Of a stretch of DNA of 43,380 nt, positions 25,425 through 35,351 are shown one piece after another. The notes below the pieces were generated by a model. That model saw nothing but the letters and a program-made list of their open reading frames with translations. It searched no databases and was not told the origin of the DNA. The position numbers were made by a program, and so were the translations under genes. The stretch's first letter is position 1. The number at the start of each line of letters is the position of its first letter. The stretch is from Nitrospinota bacterium (GTDB taxonomy: Bacteria; JADFOP01): assembly GCA_022562795.1 (NCBI GenBank), contig JADFOP010000001.1, forward strand, positions 84,691 through 128,070, written 5' to 3'.

Positions 25425-26618
25425 TTACTCTAGGATTTTGGCTATGACGCCGGCGCCGACGGTCCGGCCGCCCTCTCGGATGGCGAACCTCAGGCCCTCT
25501 TCCATGGCGATGGGCGTTATCAGCTCGCCCTCCACAGAGACGTTGTCGCCCGGCATCACCATCTCAACACCCTCTGGCAACTTAACGATACCCGTTACGT
25601 CGGTCGTTCGAAAATAGAACTGCGGGCGATACCCGCTGAAGAAAGGCGTGTGACGCCCCCCCTCCTCCTTCGTCAAGACGTAGACCTCGCCGGAGAAATG
25701 CGTGTGGGGCTTGATCGAGCCGGGAGCGCTCACGACCTGGCCGCGCTCCACATCCTCGCGCTTAAGCCCGCGCAGCAATACACCGATGTTGTCTCCGGCC
25801 TCGCCGCGGTCGAGAAGCTTGCGGAACATCTCGACACCCGTGGCCACAGTCTTGACCGTCTCTTTGAGACCCACGATCTCCACCTCATCGCCGACGGTCA
25901 CCACGCCACGGTCCACACGACCCGTCGCAACCGTCCCGCGACCAGAGATAGAGAAGACATCCTCGACGGGCATCAAAAACGGCTTGTCCACGTCCCGCTC
26001 CGGCACGGGAATGTAGCTGTCGATCGCATCGAGCAGCTCAAAGATGCTCGCACAGTCCGGGTCCTCCGGATCTCCGCTCTCAAGAGCCTTCAGCGCGCTG
26101 CCCTTGATCACCGGTATATCGTCGCCAGGAAAATCATACTGGCTCAACAGCTCGCGGATCTCGAGCTCCACCAACTCCACCAACTCCGGGTCGTCAACCT
26201 GGTCGACCTTGTTCAGGTAGACCACCAACGACGGCACCCCAACCTGGCGGGCCAAAAGAATGTGCTCGCGTGTCTGAGGCATCGGCCCGTCAGAGGCGCT
26301 CACCACGACGACCGCACCATCCATCTGAGCCGCCCCCGTAATCATGTTCTTTACGTAGTCGGCGTGACCAGGACAATCCACATGGGCGTAGTGGCGAGTC
26401 TCGGTCTCATACTCCACGTGGGCCGTCGCAATCGTGATGCCACGCTCGCGCTCCTCGGGGGCCTTATCAATCTCGTCGAACGAAACGTAGGAGGCCAGAC
26501 CCTTCTTCTCAAGCAACAGCGTAATGGCCGCCGTCAACGTCGTCTTGCCGTGGTCGACGTGCCCAATGGTCCCCACGTTCACGTGGGGCTTCGTCCTTAC
26601 AAACTTCTCCTTCGCCAT
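25425..26618 (-). CDS. tuf: Elongation factor Tu (tRNA-linked copy)
   Basis: Differs from the 9048-10241 copy at 5 of 397 residues. Confidence 0.99.
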   Translation of the reverse strand: MAKEKFVRTKPHVNVGTIGHVDHGKTTLTAAITLLLEKKGLASYVSFDEIDKAPEERERGITIATAHVEYETETRHYAHVDCPGHADYVKNMITGAAQMDGAVVVVSASDGPMPQTREHILLARQVGVPSLVVYLNKVDQVDDPELVELVELEIRELLSQYDFPGDDIPVIKGSALKALESGDPEDPDCASIFELLDAIDSYIPVPERDVDKPFLMPVEDVFSISGRGTVATGRVDRGVVTVGDEVEIVGLKETVKTVATGVEMFRKLLDRGEAGDNIGVLLRGLKREDVERGQVVSAPGSIKPHTHFSGEVYVLTKEEGGRHTPFFSGYRPQFYFRTTDVTGIVKLPEGVEMVMPGDNVSVEGELITPIAMEEGLRFAIREGGRTVGAGVIAKILE

Positions 26619-26762
26619 ACGACGACCTCCTCAGCGTAATATCGTTACAAACGCAACAAATGGCCCGACGGGGCTCACGGCCAATGACAACCTCAGTCTT
26701 GCCCTTTCCTCCTCCCCACCAGGACGATACAGGAGCCTATGCCAGATGAGGGTCTACAAACC

Positions 26763-26837
26763 TGGAGCCCATGACCGGGATTGAACCGGTGGCCTCTTCC
26801 TTACCAAGGAAGCGCTCTACCACTGAGCTACATGGGC
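26763..26837 (-). tRNA. tRNA-Thr (GGT)
   Basis: GCCCATG/CATGGGC acceptor stem, anticodon loop TT-GGT-AA, CCA end. Confidence 0.97.
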
Positions 26838-26900
26838 GCGGAAATGTACATGACTTGATGGCCCCGAGATGAAATGAGTCCGCCTCTGCCAGGAAGGGAA

Positions 26901-26975
26901 TGGAGCGGGAAACGGGATTCGAACCCGCGACCCTCAGCTTGGAAGGCTGATGCTCTCCCCCTGAGCTATTCCCGC
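26901..26975 (-). tRNA. tRNA-Gly (TCC)
   Basis: GCGGGAA/TTCCCGC acceptor stem, CT-TCC-AA loop, U73, CCA end. Confidence 0.97.
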
Positions 26976-27021
26976 TCCAACCAAGGACATTCGAGTGTTC
27001 AGCCTTACCGAACTTCAACCC

Positions 27022-27106
<85 letters not shown>

Positions 27107-27150
27107 CCGACACCTCTAAGCAGTAATAAACCGCCGGTTCTGCACACACC

Positions 27151-27226
27151 TGGAGCTGGCGAAGGGACTCGAACCCCCGACCTGCTGATTACAAATCAGC
27201 TGCTCTACCAACTGAGCTACGCCAGC
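27151..27226 (-). tRNA. tRNA-Thr (TGT)
   Basis: GCTGGCG/CGCCAGC acceptor stem, TT-TGT-AA loop, CCA end. Confidence 0.97.
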
Positions 27227-27242
27227 GGCAGAATAATCCATT

Positions 27243-27271
27243 ACCATACACCTCGATAATATAATTGTCAA
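27243..27271 (-). promoter_or_regulatory. Sigma70-type promoter of the tRNA-tuf operon
   Basis: Minus strand TTGACA, 17 nt, TATGGT, ending 16 nt upstream of tRNA-Thr(TGT). Confidence 0.8.
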
Positions 27272-27280
27272 GGCGATTTT

Positions 27281-28033
27281 TCAACCTTTCTCTCGTCTCT
27301 GCCGGCAGACCTCATGGCAGACGATAGCCGCCACAGAGGCGACGTTTAGGGCACCTATCGGTCCGGGTAAAGGCACCGATACGGTCTCATCACACGTGGC
27401 GGTCACCAGAGGCCTCATTCCCTTTCCCTCGCTTCCCAGCACGACCACCACCGCCCTCCTCCAATCAAAGGCATCAACGGCTACGGATGCTTCGGGTGCC
27501 GTACCGACCACCCAGAAGCCTGCTTTTTTCAACTCTTCCAGCGCCCGGACCAGATTGACAACCCTGGCTATGGCGACATGTTCCAAGGCCCCAGCTGCGG
27601 CCTTGGCAACCGCGGGTGTTAGCCCGACGGCCCGGTCTCGTGGGAGCACGACTCCCCCGACCCCGAACGCGCCGGCCACCCTCAGAACCGCCCCGAGGTT
27701 CATCGGGTCGACCACGCCATCAAGAGCAATGAGCCAGGCCAGGCCGGTATCTTCGGGGGCCCGCGCCGCTAGCTCGGAAAGATCACTGTAGCGGTATGGA
27801 GCCACTACAGCGACCACCCCCTGGTGGGAGCCAGGGCAAAGGCGGTCGAGGTGGGCGCGGTCAGAATACTCAACCGGTATTCGCCGCCTCTCGGCCCGAC
27901 GTAAAAGCCCCCCCAGTCCACGGCGGCCCTTGGCGACCACCAGCTTGAAAACTTCACGGTGGCCGCCGGCGATGGCCTCCTCCACCGGGCGAATGCCGCC
28001 CACGACCTCTGAGGCTACGTCCGCACCTTCCAT
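27281..28033 (-). CDS. rlmB: 23S rRNA Gm2251 2'-O-methyltransferase (SPOUT/TrmH family)
   Basis: HQGVVA, LDGVVDPMNLGAVLR, VLGSEGKGM, ALNVASVA; downstream of cysS. Confidence 0.88.
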   Translation of the reverse strand: MEGADVASEVVGGIRPVEEAIAGGHREVFKLVVAKGRRGLGGLLRRAERRRIPVEYSDRAHLDRLCPGSHQGVVAVVAPYRYSDLSELAARAPEDTGLAWLIALDGVVDPMNLGAVLRVAGAFGVGGVVLPRDRAVGLTPAVAKAAAGALEHVAIARVVNLVRALEELKKAGFWVVGTAPEASVAVDAFDWRRAVVVVLGSEGKGMRPLVTATCDETVSVPLPGPIGALNVASVAAIVCHEVCRQRREKG

Positions 28034-29478
28034 ACCGTAGTCCCATCGGGCCTGTCTTCGAGAATTACTCCGCGTTGGGCGAGGTCGTCTCGGATGCCGT
28101 CGGCCCGGGCCCAGTCTTCGGCCTGCCGGGCGGTGTAGCGTTCGGAAATTCGAGCCTCGATGGCCTCGGCGTCTAGGCCTTCGACGCCAATTCGGAAATA
28201 GGCGGAAGGGGCATCGCCGAGAATGCCCAACACCTCTCCCACGCTCTGGATCTGTGTGAGGAATGTTTCGGCGAGCGCCGCCTTCTCATCCTCATCGGCC
28301 GCTGAGTCGAGGAAGGTGTTCAGGGCACCTGTGGCGCGGAAGAGGTTGGCCAGGGCCAGGGCCGAGTTGAAATCGTCGTCCATTGCATCCCGGAAGGCTG
28401 CCTCCATGCCGGCGACCTCCTCCCATTCCGGGTGCTCATCGGCCGGTCGGGCCTCGGCGCGACGGCCTCCCGCATCCCCATGGGCCGCCAAGAGCTCTTC
28501 GCATCGCTCCCGAGAAGTGTAAAAGTAGTCAAGATTCTTCTTGGCGTCGGAGAGGGCTTGCTCGGTGTAGTCGATGGGGCTTCGGTAGTGGTGGGAGAGC
28601 AAGAAGAGCCAGACCACCTCGGGGTGGTGGGACTTAAGGATGTCCTCAATATTCAGGATATTGCCCAACGATTTGCTCATCTTGGCCTTATCGATGTTGA
28701 TGAATCCGTTGTGAATCCAATATCGAACGAAGGGCTTGCCTGTGGCGGCTTCGGACTGGGCAATCTCGTTGTCGTGGTGAGGGAACTGGAGGTCACGACC
28801 CCCTCCGTGGATGTCGAAGGTCTCGCCCAAGTAGTGGCTGCTCATGACTGAGCACTCGATGTGCCAGCCGGGCCGGCCTTCGCCCCAGGGGCTCGGCCAT
28901 GAGGGCTCTCCCGGCTTAGATGCCTTCCAGAGGGCGAAGTCCAGCGGCTCTCTCTTTGCTTGGTGGACCTTCACCCGCGCCCCGGCCACCAACTCCTCTA
29001 TCCGCTTGCCGGAGAGCCGTCCGTAATCGGGGAATTTGGCTACGGAGTAAAAGACGTTATCTTCGGCCACGTAAGCGTAACCCCGCTCGATGAGGCGGCC
29101 GATCATCTCGACCATGCCATCGATGTAATCGCTGGCTTTGGGCTCGGCGTCGGGCCTGAGGAGCCCCAGCCGGTCGAAGTCGCGATGGAAAGCCTCTGTG
29201 TATCGGTCGGCGATGAGGCGGTACGAAACACCTTCTTTCTGCGCCCGCTCGATAATCTTGTCGTCCACGTCGGTAATGTTACGCACATAGGTGACGTCGT
29301 AGCCGATGTAGCGCAGGTACCGGTTAATCATGTCGAAGACGACCAAGGCCCGAGCGTGGCCGATGTGGCAGAGGTCATAGACGGTGACCCCGCAGACATA
29401 CATCCGGACGCGCCCAGGCTCCAGGGGCTCGAATAGTTCCTTGCGCCTCTCCAGAGTGTTGTAGATGGCCAAAGCCAT
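28015..29478 (-). CDS. cysS: Cysteine--tRNA ligase
   Basis: CGVTVYDLCHIGH, PGWHIECS, KMSKSLGN. Confidence 0.98.
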   Translation of the reverse strand: MALAIYNTLERRKELFEPLEPGRVRMYVCGVTVYDLCHIGHARALVVFDMINRYLRYIGYDVTYVRNITDVDDKIIERAQKEGVSYRLIADRYTEAFHRDFDRLGLLRPDAEPKASDYIDGMVEMIGRLIERGYAYVAEDNVFYSVAKFPDYGRLSGKRIEELVAGARVKVHQAKREPLDFALWKASKPGEPSWPSPWGEGRPGWHIECSVMSSHYLGETFDIHGGGRDLQFPHHDNEIAQSEAATGKPFVRYWIHNGFINIDKAKMSKSLGNILNIEDILKSHHPEVVWLFLLSHHYRSPIDYTEQALSDAKKNLDYFYTSRERCEELLAAHGDAGGRRAEARPADEHPEWEEVAGMEAAFRDAMDDDFNSALALANLFRATGALNTFLDSAADEDEKAALAETFLTQIQSVGEVLGILGDAPSAYFRIGVEGLDAEAIEARISERYTARQAEDWARADGIRDDLAQRGVILEDRPDGTTVWKVRT

Positions 29479-29487
29479 GAGGTGGGC

Positions 29488-30003
29488 CTACCTTTTTTTA
29501 CCGGTTGGTGAAGATTCCTTGGATGGTACGGCGGCGAGGGTGGCTGCGGCGTAAGCGGCAATTCCTTCGCCGTGGCCCACGAAGCCGAGGCCCTCTGTAG
29601 TAGTCGCTTTGATGTTGACGAGCGTCGGGTCGATGGCCAGGGTTTCGGCGATATTGGTCTCCATTTCGGGGATAAACTCTTTGATCTTGGGTTCTTGGAG
29701 CACGATGGTCGCATCGACGTTCAGGGGGCGGAGGTTCCGGCGTGCCACAATTTCCCTCACCTCTCGAAGCAGCACCAAGCTGCTCACTCCAGAATAGGAT
29801 GGGTCGTTGTCAGGGAAGTGCCGGCCGATGTCTCCCGCGCCGCAAGCACCCAGCAGGGCATCGCAAATGGCGTGGACGACAACATCGGCGTCTGAATGCC
29901 CCTCAAGACCGAGGTCCGAGGAGATGGCGACTCCCCCCAAGACCAAGGGGCGGCCCCGTGCTAACCGGTGGACGTCGTAGCCCATCCCTACCCGTACGCT
30001 CAT
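29488..30003 (-). CDS. ispF: 2-C-methyl-D-erythritol 2,4-cyclodiphosphate synthase
   Basis: GMGYDVH, GHSDADV, GDIGRHFP, KATTTEGLG. Confidence 0.97.
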   Translation of the reverse strand: MSVRVGMGYDVHRLARGRPLVLGGVAISSDLGLEGHSDADVVVHAICDALLGACGAGDIGRHFPDNDPSYSGVSSLVLLREVREIVARRNLRPLNVDATIVLQEPKIKEFIPEMETNIAETLAIDPTLVNIKATTTEGLGFVGHGEGIAAYAAATLAAVPSKESSPTGKKR

Positions 30004-30005
30004 AC

Positions 30006-30728
30006 TCAGGCGCCCTCCGCTGAGGTCTCTGAGGCTGACTCCGAGCGCTCCAGGGACTTCAATATTTCCTCGGCGAGAGACCAGTCTTCCACTGTGGTCA
30101 CCTTGAGATTGAACTCAGCCCCAGCCACCACCCGCACCGGAAGCCCAAGCCGCTCGACGAGCGTCGAGTCGTCGGTGGCGACAACGCCGTCGCTCCGCGC
30201 GCGCCCGATGGCCTCGACCAGCACTTCACGCCGGAAGGCCTGGGGGGTCTGGAGCCGAAAGAGCCCGTCTCGGGAAATCGTTTCCACGACAGCTCCATCA
30301 GCCACCCGCTTTACGGTGTCGGCTACAGGGATGGCCGCTGCCGCCGCTCCCACGGACCGGGCGGCCTCTACCACGGCGGCCACCATCGCTTGCGTCACGA
30401 ACGGGCGCACACCGTCGTGGACGACAACAAGCTCGGCCTCGGACGGCAGGGACTCAAGCCCCGCTGCCACCGAGTCTTGACGTTCGCCACCTCCTGCCAC
30501 GATGGCCCCGACCTTGGCCAAACCGTAAGGTTCAACGAGCTCGGCCCGTACCTTGGCCACCCAGTCGGCCGGAACGACGACTACCACGGTCTCTAGGAGG
30601 GGTGAGGCAGAAAGCCGCTCGAGGGTGTGGACAAGTAGAGGCCGTCCGCCCAACGGCAGGAACTGCTTGGGCTGAGCCGCCTCCATACGCACCCCCGCCC
30701 CGGCGGCGGGAACAATTGCGGCAATCAT
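30006..30728 (-). CDS. ispD: 2-C-methyl-D-erythritol 4-phosphate cytidylyltransferase
   Basis: PAAGAGVRM, PKQFL, GGERQDSV, HDGVRP, QTPQAF, NLKVTT. Confidence 0.96.
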   Translation of the reverse strand: MIAAIVPAAGAGVRMEAAQPKQFLPLGGRPLLVHTLERLSASPLLETVVVVVPADWVAKVRAELVEPYGLAKVGAIVAGGGERQDSVAAGLESLPSEAELVVVHDGVRPFVTQAMVAAVVEAARSVGAAAAAIPVADTVKRVADGAVVETISRDGLFRLQTPQAFRREVLVEAIGRARSDGVVATDDSTLVERLGLPVRVVAGAEFNLKVTTVEDWSLAEEILKSLERSESASETSAEGA

Positions 30729-30753
30729 GGGTTTGCCCTTGCAAGCAGACGCG

Positions 30754-31764
30754 TTAGACCGCCTCCCGCTCGACCTCCTCCTTAGGACGGGTGAAAATCA
30801 TTCGGCCAGCGGTGGTCTGGAGTACGCTGGTGACCAAGACATCGAGGGATTTTCCGATTAAACGGCGAGCGTTGTCGACCACGACCATTGTGCCGTCGTC
30901 CAGGTAGGCGACCCCCTGGCCGGCCTCCTTGCCTTCCTTGAGGATGTAGACGTTCATCATCTCGCCGGGCAGGACAACGGGCTTGACAGCGTTGGCCAGC
31001 TGGTTGATGTTGAGAACACCAACGCCCTGGAGCTCAGCGACCTTATTGAGGTTAAAATCGTTGGTCAAGACCTTGGCGTCGAGATCCTTGCCCAAGGCCA
31101 CGAGCTTGGCATCCACCTCTTTAATTTTCGGGAAATCTTGGTCGAGGAACTGGATGTCGATCTCCATGTTCTTTTGCATTCGCTGAAGAATGTCCAACCC
31201 CCGTCGGCCTCGGTTGCGCTTCAAGCTATCGGGCGAATCCGCAATCTGCTGGAGCTCTTTCAGGACGAACTGGGGGATGATAAGAGGGCCTTCCAAAAAC
31301 CCCGCCTCGGAGATGTCGGCGACCCTCCCGTCGATGATGACACTGGTATCCAGGATTTTCGTGTTCTTGGAACCGGAGTCCTCAACTATTCGGTCAAGGC
31401 CGGGAATTTCAATCTCGCGGCTCTTGATAACCCCCAGCATGAGTCCCAGGTAGCCTCCTATGAAGAAGACCAGGCTACGGACCAGAAACTGGGCCAGAGG
31501 GTCTTGGCCGGGCCAGCTAGAGAAGGCCATAAGCACCAGGCGAGCCGTGATCAACCCAAGGATGAGGCCTACGAACCCCCCGACAAGCCTGCGGGGCTGA
31601 ACCTGGCTGAGAGTACGCTCCAGGACGCAAATGAGCAACCCAGCGAAGAAGCCCACACCGATGCCGGTAATGATCCCCTCGTAGCCCAGGTACTGTGTGC
31701 CTATGTAGTAGCCCAGCAACGTTGTGCCCACGACTAGGGAAAACCGTAATCCGTATAGTCCCAT
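30754..31764 (-). CDS. Membrane-anchored PIN/TRAM domain protein (YacL-like)
   Basis: About four N-terminal TM helices, PIN motifs LDTSVIIDGR and TNDFNLNKVA, TRAM motif GKEAGQGVAYLDDGTMVVV; ATG 31764 after AAGGGGGA. Confidence 0.92.
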   Translation of the reverse strand: MGLYGLRFSLVVGTTLLGYYIGTQYLGYEGIITGIGVGFFAGLLICVLERTLSQVQPRRLVGGFVGLILGLITARLVLMAFSSWPGQDPLAQFLVRSLVFFIGGYLGLMLGVIKSREIEIPGLDRIVEDSGSKNTKILDTSVIIDGRVADISEAGFLEGPLIIPQFVLKELQQIADSPDSLKRNRGRRGLDILQRMQKNMEIDIQFLDQDFPKIKEVDAKLVALGKDLDAKVLTNDFNLNKVAELQGVGVLNINQLANAVKPVVLPGEMMNVYILKEGKEAGQGVAYLDDGTMVVVDNARRLIGKSLDVLVTSVLQTTAGRMIFTRPKEEVEREAV

Positions 31765-31830
31765 GGGTCTATCCCCCTTTGTGGTCGTGGACGGCAAGGT
31801 TCTCGGAGGCATGGCGCCTTCCGAGACAGC

Positions 31831-32310
31831 TTATTTAGCGACGAGGTTGTCCAGAAGGGTGACGACCGAATCCTTGGATATGCCCCGCACTTGGGAAATC
31901 TCTTCGGAGATGAGTTCGCGCACGTTATCGAGAACCCGTTTCTCGCCGAAAGAGAGGGTCTTGCGGGTCTTGAGTCTGGTCAGGTCGCGGTAAATCTTTG
32001 CGATTTCGAAGACACAGCCGGTCTTAATTGTCTCCATATATTGCTTGGAGCGCCGGTTCCAAGCCTCGGTGCTCCTCGACTCGCGCTGTTTGAGGACTTC
32101 CATCACCTTTTTAACATCGGCTTCTCGAATGACTTCCCGCAGCCCCACCTTGCGGCTGTTGGCTGTCGGCACCATGATGGTCATACCACGTTCGTACATA
32201 TGCAAGATATAGAATGATTCCTCGGTGCCCGACATTTCACGGTTTTGGATGTCCCCAACGACCCCGACACCATGCGACGGATAGACTACCTTGTCGCCCA
32301 CTTTAAACAT
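31831..32310 (-). CDS. carD: CarD/CdnL-family RNA polymerase-binding transcription factor
   Basis: MFKVGDKVVYPSHGVG, IMVP, VGLR, WNRR (conserved wedge Trp), LSFGEK. Confidence 0.93.
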   Translation of the reverse strand: MFKVGDKVVYPSHGVGVVGDIQNREMSGTEESFYILHMYERGMTIMVPTANSRKVGLREVIREADVKKVMEVLKQRESRSTEAWNRRSKQYMETIKTGCVFEIAKIYRDLTRLKTRKTLSFGEKRVLDNVRELISEEISQVRGISKDSVVTLLDNLVAK

Positions 32311-32340
32311 TTTTCCACCCTTCCTACCTCAAAATATCTT

Positions 32341-32369
32341 ACTATAGCAGATAACTATATGAATGTCAA
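32341..32369 (-). promoter_or_regulatory. Sigma70-type promoter of the carD-PIN/TRAM-ispDF-cysS-rlmB unit
   Basis: Minus strand TTGACA, 17 nt, TATAGT with an extended -10 TGC. Confidence 0.85.
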
Positions 32370-32441
32370 AGATTCTTTCTCTGTAATGTGATATGAGGTG
32401 GTCGACCCCTCAAGAGTTGTCATCATAAAGGGTTTGGCTCT

Positions 32442-33806
32442 TTAGCTTTTATCGAAGAGAACGGCAAAGGCATCTTCTAGTGTGGCCACCTCGACAGCCT
32501 TTAGAGCCAGGCCGGGCTGGTCGGAGCCGGTGCGAGGAGGGATGATAGCCTGCTTAAAGCCGAGGGAGGCGGCCTCTTTACATCGAGCTTCCAGCTGGGG
32601 AACCGTCCGCACCTCCCCGGTGAGGCCCACCTCGCCTAGGCATACCGCCTCGAAGGGAACGGGGCGGCTGCGGAAGCTAGAAATGATGGCGCACGCAACC
32701 CCAAGGTCGCTTGCCGGCTCCACGATGCGCACTCCGCCAGCCACGTTGAGATAGATGTCTTGGTCGTGCAACGCAAAGCCTGCCCGCTTCTCGAGGATGG
32801 CCGCCAGGAGTGCGAGCCGATTAGGGTCGAGCCCGGTTGCCATCCGCCTTGGGAGGGCCAGGGAGGAGGGACTAACCAGGGCTTGGACCTCCAGTAGGAT
32901 AGGTCGAGTACCCTCCATGGCCACCACCACCACGCTGCCGGGCTGGTCAACTGGGCGCTGGGCGAGAAACGTCGCCGATGGGTTGAGGACCTCGCGGAGA
33001 CCATCGCCACCCATCTCGAAGACCCCGATCTCGTGGGTCGAGCCGAATCGGTTCTTCGCCCCGCGGAGAATCCGGTAAGGGCTCGCCCCTTCGCCTTCGA
33101 AGGCCAACACCACATCAACCATGTGCTCCAGGACTCGGGGGCCGGCCACGGCGCCGTCCTTGGTCACATGGCCGACGAGGGCCAAAGGCACGCCCAGGCG
33201 CTTGGCGGCGGCGATGAGTTGGGCGGCCACCTCACGGACCTGCCCCACGCTTCCAGGGGCCGAGGTCAGGGTTGAGGTGTAGCAGGTCTGGATGGAGTCT
33301 ATAACGCAGAGGGCGGGCCGGGTGGCCTCCAAGTGGCCCAGGATAGCTTCGACGTTGGTCTCAGCCAAAACCAGGAGATCTTTTTCCATAACCCCCAGCC
33401 GGCGGGCCCTTAGGCTAATCTGTCCCGGGCTCTCTTCGCCCGATACATAGAGGACCGGGGCGCCGCCTGCAGCCAGGCGGCCTGCGGCCTGGAGCAGGAG
33501 GGTCGATTTTCCGACCCCCGGGTCGCCCGCCACGAGAACCACTGAGCCGGCCACGAGACCCCCGCCCAGGACGCGGTCGAACTCGCTGATGCCTGTGCGC
33601 TGGCGAGGCTCCTCGCCTGCGGCCACCGAGTCGATTGGCACGGGCGAAGCGGCGGTAAGGCTCAGGCGCGGACGGACGTCTCGGCCTGAGGCTTCCACCT
33701 CCTCGGCCATGGTGTTCCAGCCGCCGCAATCGGGGCACCGGCCGAGCCACTTGGGCGAGGAGTAGCCGCAGGCTTGACAAACGAACGAGCTTTTTGGTCG
33801 CGCCAT
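32442..33806 (-). CDS. radA: DNA repair protein RadA/Sms
   Basis: C4 zinc finger CQAC...CPDC, Walker A GDPGVGKST, KNRFG motif, Lon-like C-terminal domain. Confidence 0.98.
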   Translation of the reverse strand: MARPKSSFVCQACGYSSPKWLGRCPDCGGWNTMAEEVEASGRDVRPRLSLTAASPVPIDSVAAGEEPRQRTGISEFDRVLGGGLVAGSVVLVAGDPGVGKSTLLLQAAGRLAAGGAPVLYVSGEESPGQISLRARRLGVMEKDLLVLAETNVEAILGHLEATRPALCVIDSIQTCYTSTLTSAPGSVGQVREVAAQLIAAAKRLGVPLALVGHVTKDGAVAGPRVLEHMVDVVLAFEGEGASPYRILRGAKNRFGSTHEIGVFEMGGDGLREVLNPSATFLAQRPVDQPGSVVVVAMEGTRPILLEVQALVSPSSLALPRRMATGLDPNRLALLAAILEKRAGFALHDQDIYLNVAGGVRIVEPASDLGVACAIISSFRSRPVPFEAVCLGEVGLTGEVRTVPQLEARCKEAASLGFKQAIIPPRTGSDQPGLALKAVEVATLEDAFAVLFDKS

Positions 33807-33923
33807 AGATCAAAAGGTGGCCTGGGCCATCGTAAAGGGGCCTCGGGCATTGGCAGTACGTTGGGTGGCCTTATCTAAGTAGCTGAGGATTATGAGGTTA
33901 TCCTTCCTACATAATTCGGGAAG

Positions 33924-35351
33924 CTATGGGGTGAGGTTCAAGACCATCAGGCGAATCTCCGTCATTTCCTCAATGGCGTACTTTAGTCCCTCTCGGCCGA
34001 AGCCCGACTCTTTAACACCCCCGTAAGGCATGTGGTCGACTCGGTATGTGGGGACGTCGTTGACTATGATACCCCCAACCTCCAGGGTCTCGTATGCCCG
34101 GTGGACCGCCGTGAGGTCGTTGGTGAAGATGCCCGCCTGAAGCCCGTAGATTGAGTCGTTGACGGCTCCGACGGCCTCCATGAAATCGCTGTAGGGCTCG
34201 ACGGTTACTACTGGCCCGAAGGCCTCGAGGCAGCTCACCCGCATGTCGGGCTTGACACCTTCGAGGACCGTGGGCTCCATCATAGTGCCCTGGCGCTTGC
34301 CGCCGGTCACGACTGATGCCCCGCCATCGACGGCCTCGTCCACCCACTCCTCGATACGGGCCGCGGCCTGGAGATCGATCAGGGGCCCCACCTCTGTACT
34401 TTCTTCCATGGGGTCGCCGACGACGATTTGGGCAACTTCATTGAGGAAGACGTTCATAAATTCGTCGTAGATGGGCTCGTGGATGAACATGCGCTGGACG
34501 GAGATGCAGATTTGTCCCCCATAGGCGAAGGAGCCCAGCCGGCAGCGCTTGGCCACGAAGGGGATGTCGATGTCGGAGTGGGCGACGACCCCCGCATTAC
34601 CGCCCAGCTCCAGGGTGACCCGCTTCTTAGGCACGAGGCCTTTCAAGTGCCAGCCGACCTCAGGGCTGCCGGTGAACGTAAGCTTCTTGATTCGCTCGTC
34701 TTGGAGGATGCCCTCCGCCACAGGTCCTGAGCAAGGCAGCACGCTGAAAGCCTCCGGCGGCCAGCCCGCCTCGAGGACGATCTCGCCGAGCTTGAGCGAA
34801 GAGAGCGGGGTCTGAGTCGCCGGCTTCATGATCAAGGGGGCGCCCACAGCGATGGCCGGGGCCACCTTGTGGGCCACCAAGTTGAGGGGGAAATTGAAGG
34901 GTGATATCCCCAGCATGGGCCCTACGGGGAAGCGGCGCACCAAGCCGATCCGGTTTTCGTGGCCCTCAACCCAATCGAGGCTCATCAGTTCCCCATCGAT
35001 GCGCTTGGCCTCCTCCATAGCGACCCAGAAAGTGTTGGCGGCCCGGCCGACCTCGCCTCTGGCCTGCTTGATGGGTTTACCCGCCTCAAGCGCGATGGTG
35101 CGGGAGAGCTCCTCGTGACGGGCCTTTATCCCCTCGGAGATGGCCTGGAGAATCTCGGCCCGCTTCCAGCTCGGCAGGGCCCGTGTTGCCGGAAAGGCCC
35201 GGTGGGCTCGCTCCACGGCTTCGAGGGCTTCGTCGCCGCCAGGCCGAGAGACGATTCCTATGGTCTCTTGGTTGTACGGGTTTTTAAGCTCGTAGGTCTC
35301 ACTCGTAGAGCGCCATTCACCCCCTATGAGGCTTGGATACTCCTTTACCAT
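33924..35351 (-). CDS. NAD(P)-dependent aldehyde dehydrogenase (lactaldehyde-DH/ALDH21/GAPN-related branch; substrate unknown)
   Basis: PFNFPLNL, FTGS, LELGGNA, catalytic GQICISVQR, EAFGP, PYGGVKESG; ATG 35351 fits the SD spacing. Confidence 0.93.
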   Translation of the reverse strand: MVKEYPSLIGGEWRSTSETYELKNPYNQETIGIVSRPGGDEALEAVERAHRAFPATRALPSWKRAEILQAISEGIKARHEELSRTIALEAGKPIKQARGEVGRAANTFWVAMEEAKRIDGELMSLDWVEGHENRIGLVRRFPVGPMLGISPFNFPLNLVAHKVAPAIAVGAPLIMKPATQTPLSSLKLGEIVLEAGWPPEAFSVLPCSGPVAEGILQDERIKKLTFTGSPEVGWHLKGLVPKKRVTLELGGNAGVVAHSDIDIPFVAKRCRLGSFAYGGQICISVQRMFIHEPIYDEFMNVFLNEVAQIVVGDPMEESTEVGPLIDLQAAARIEEWVDEAVDGGASVVTGGKRQGTMMEPTVLEGVKPDMRVSCLEAFGPVVTVEPYSDFMEAVGAVNDSIYGLQAGIFTNDLTAVHRAYETLEVGGIIVNDVPTYRVDHMPYGGVKESGFGREGLKYAIEEMTEIRLMVLNLTP

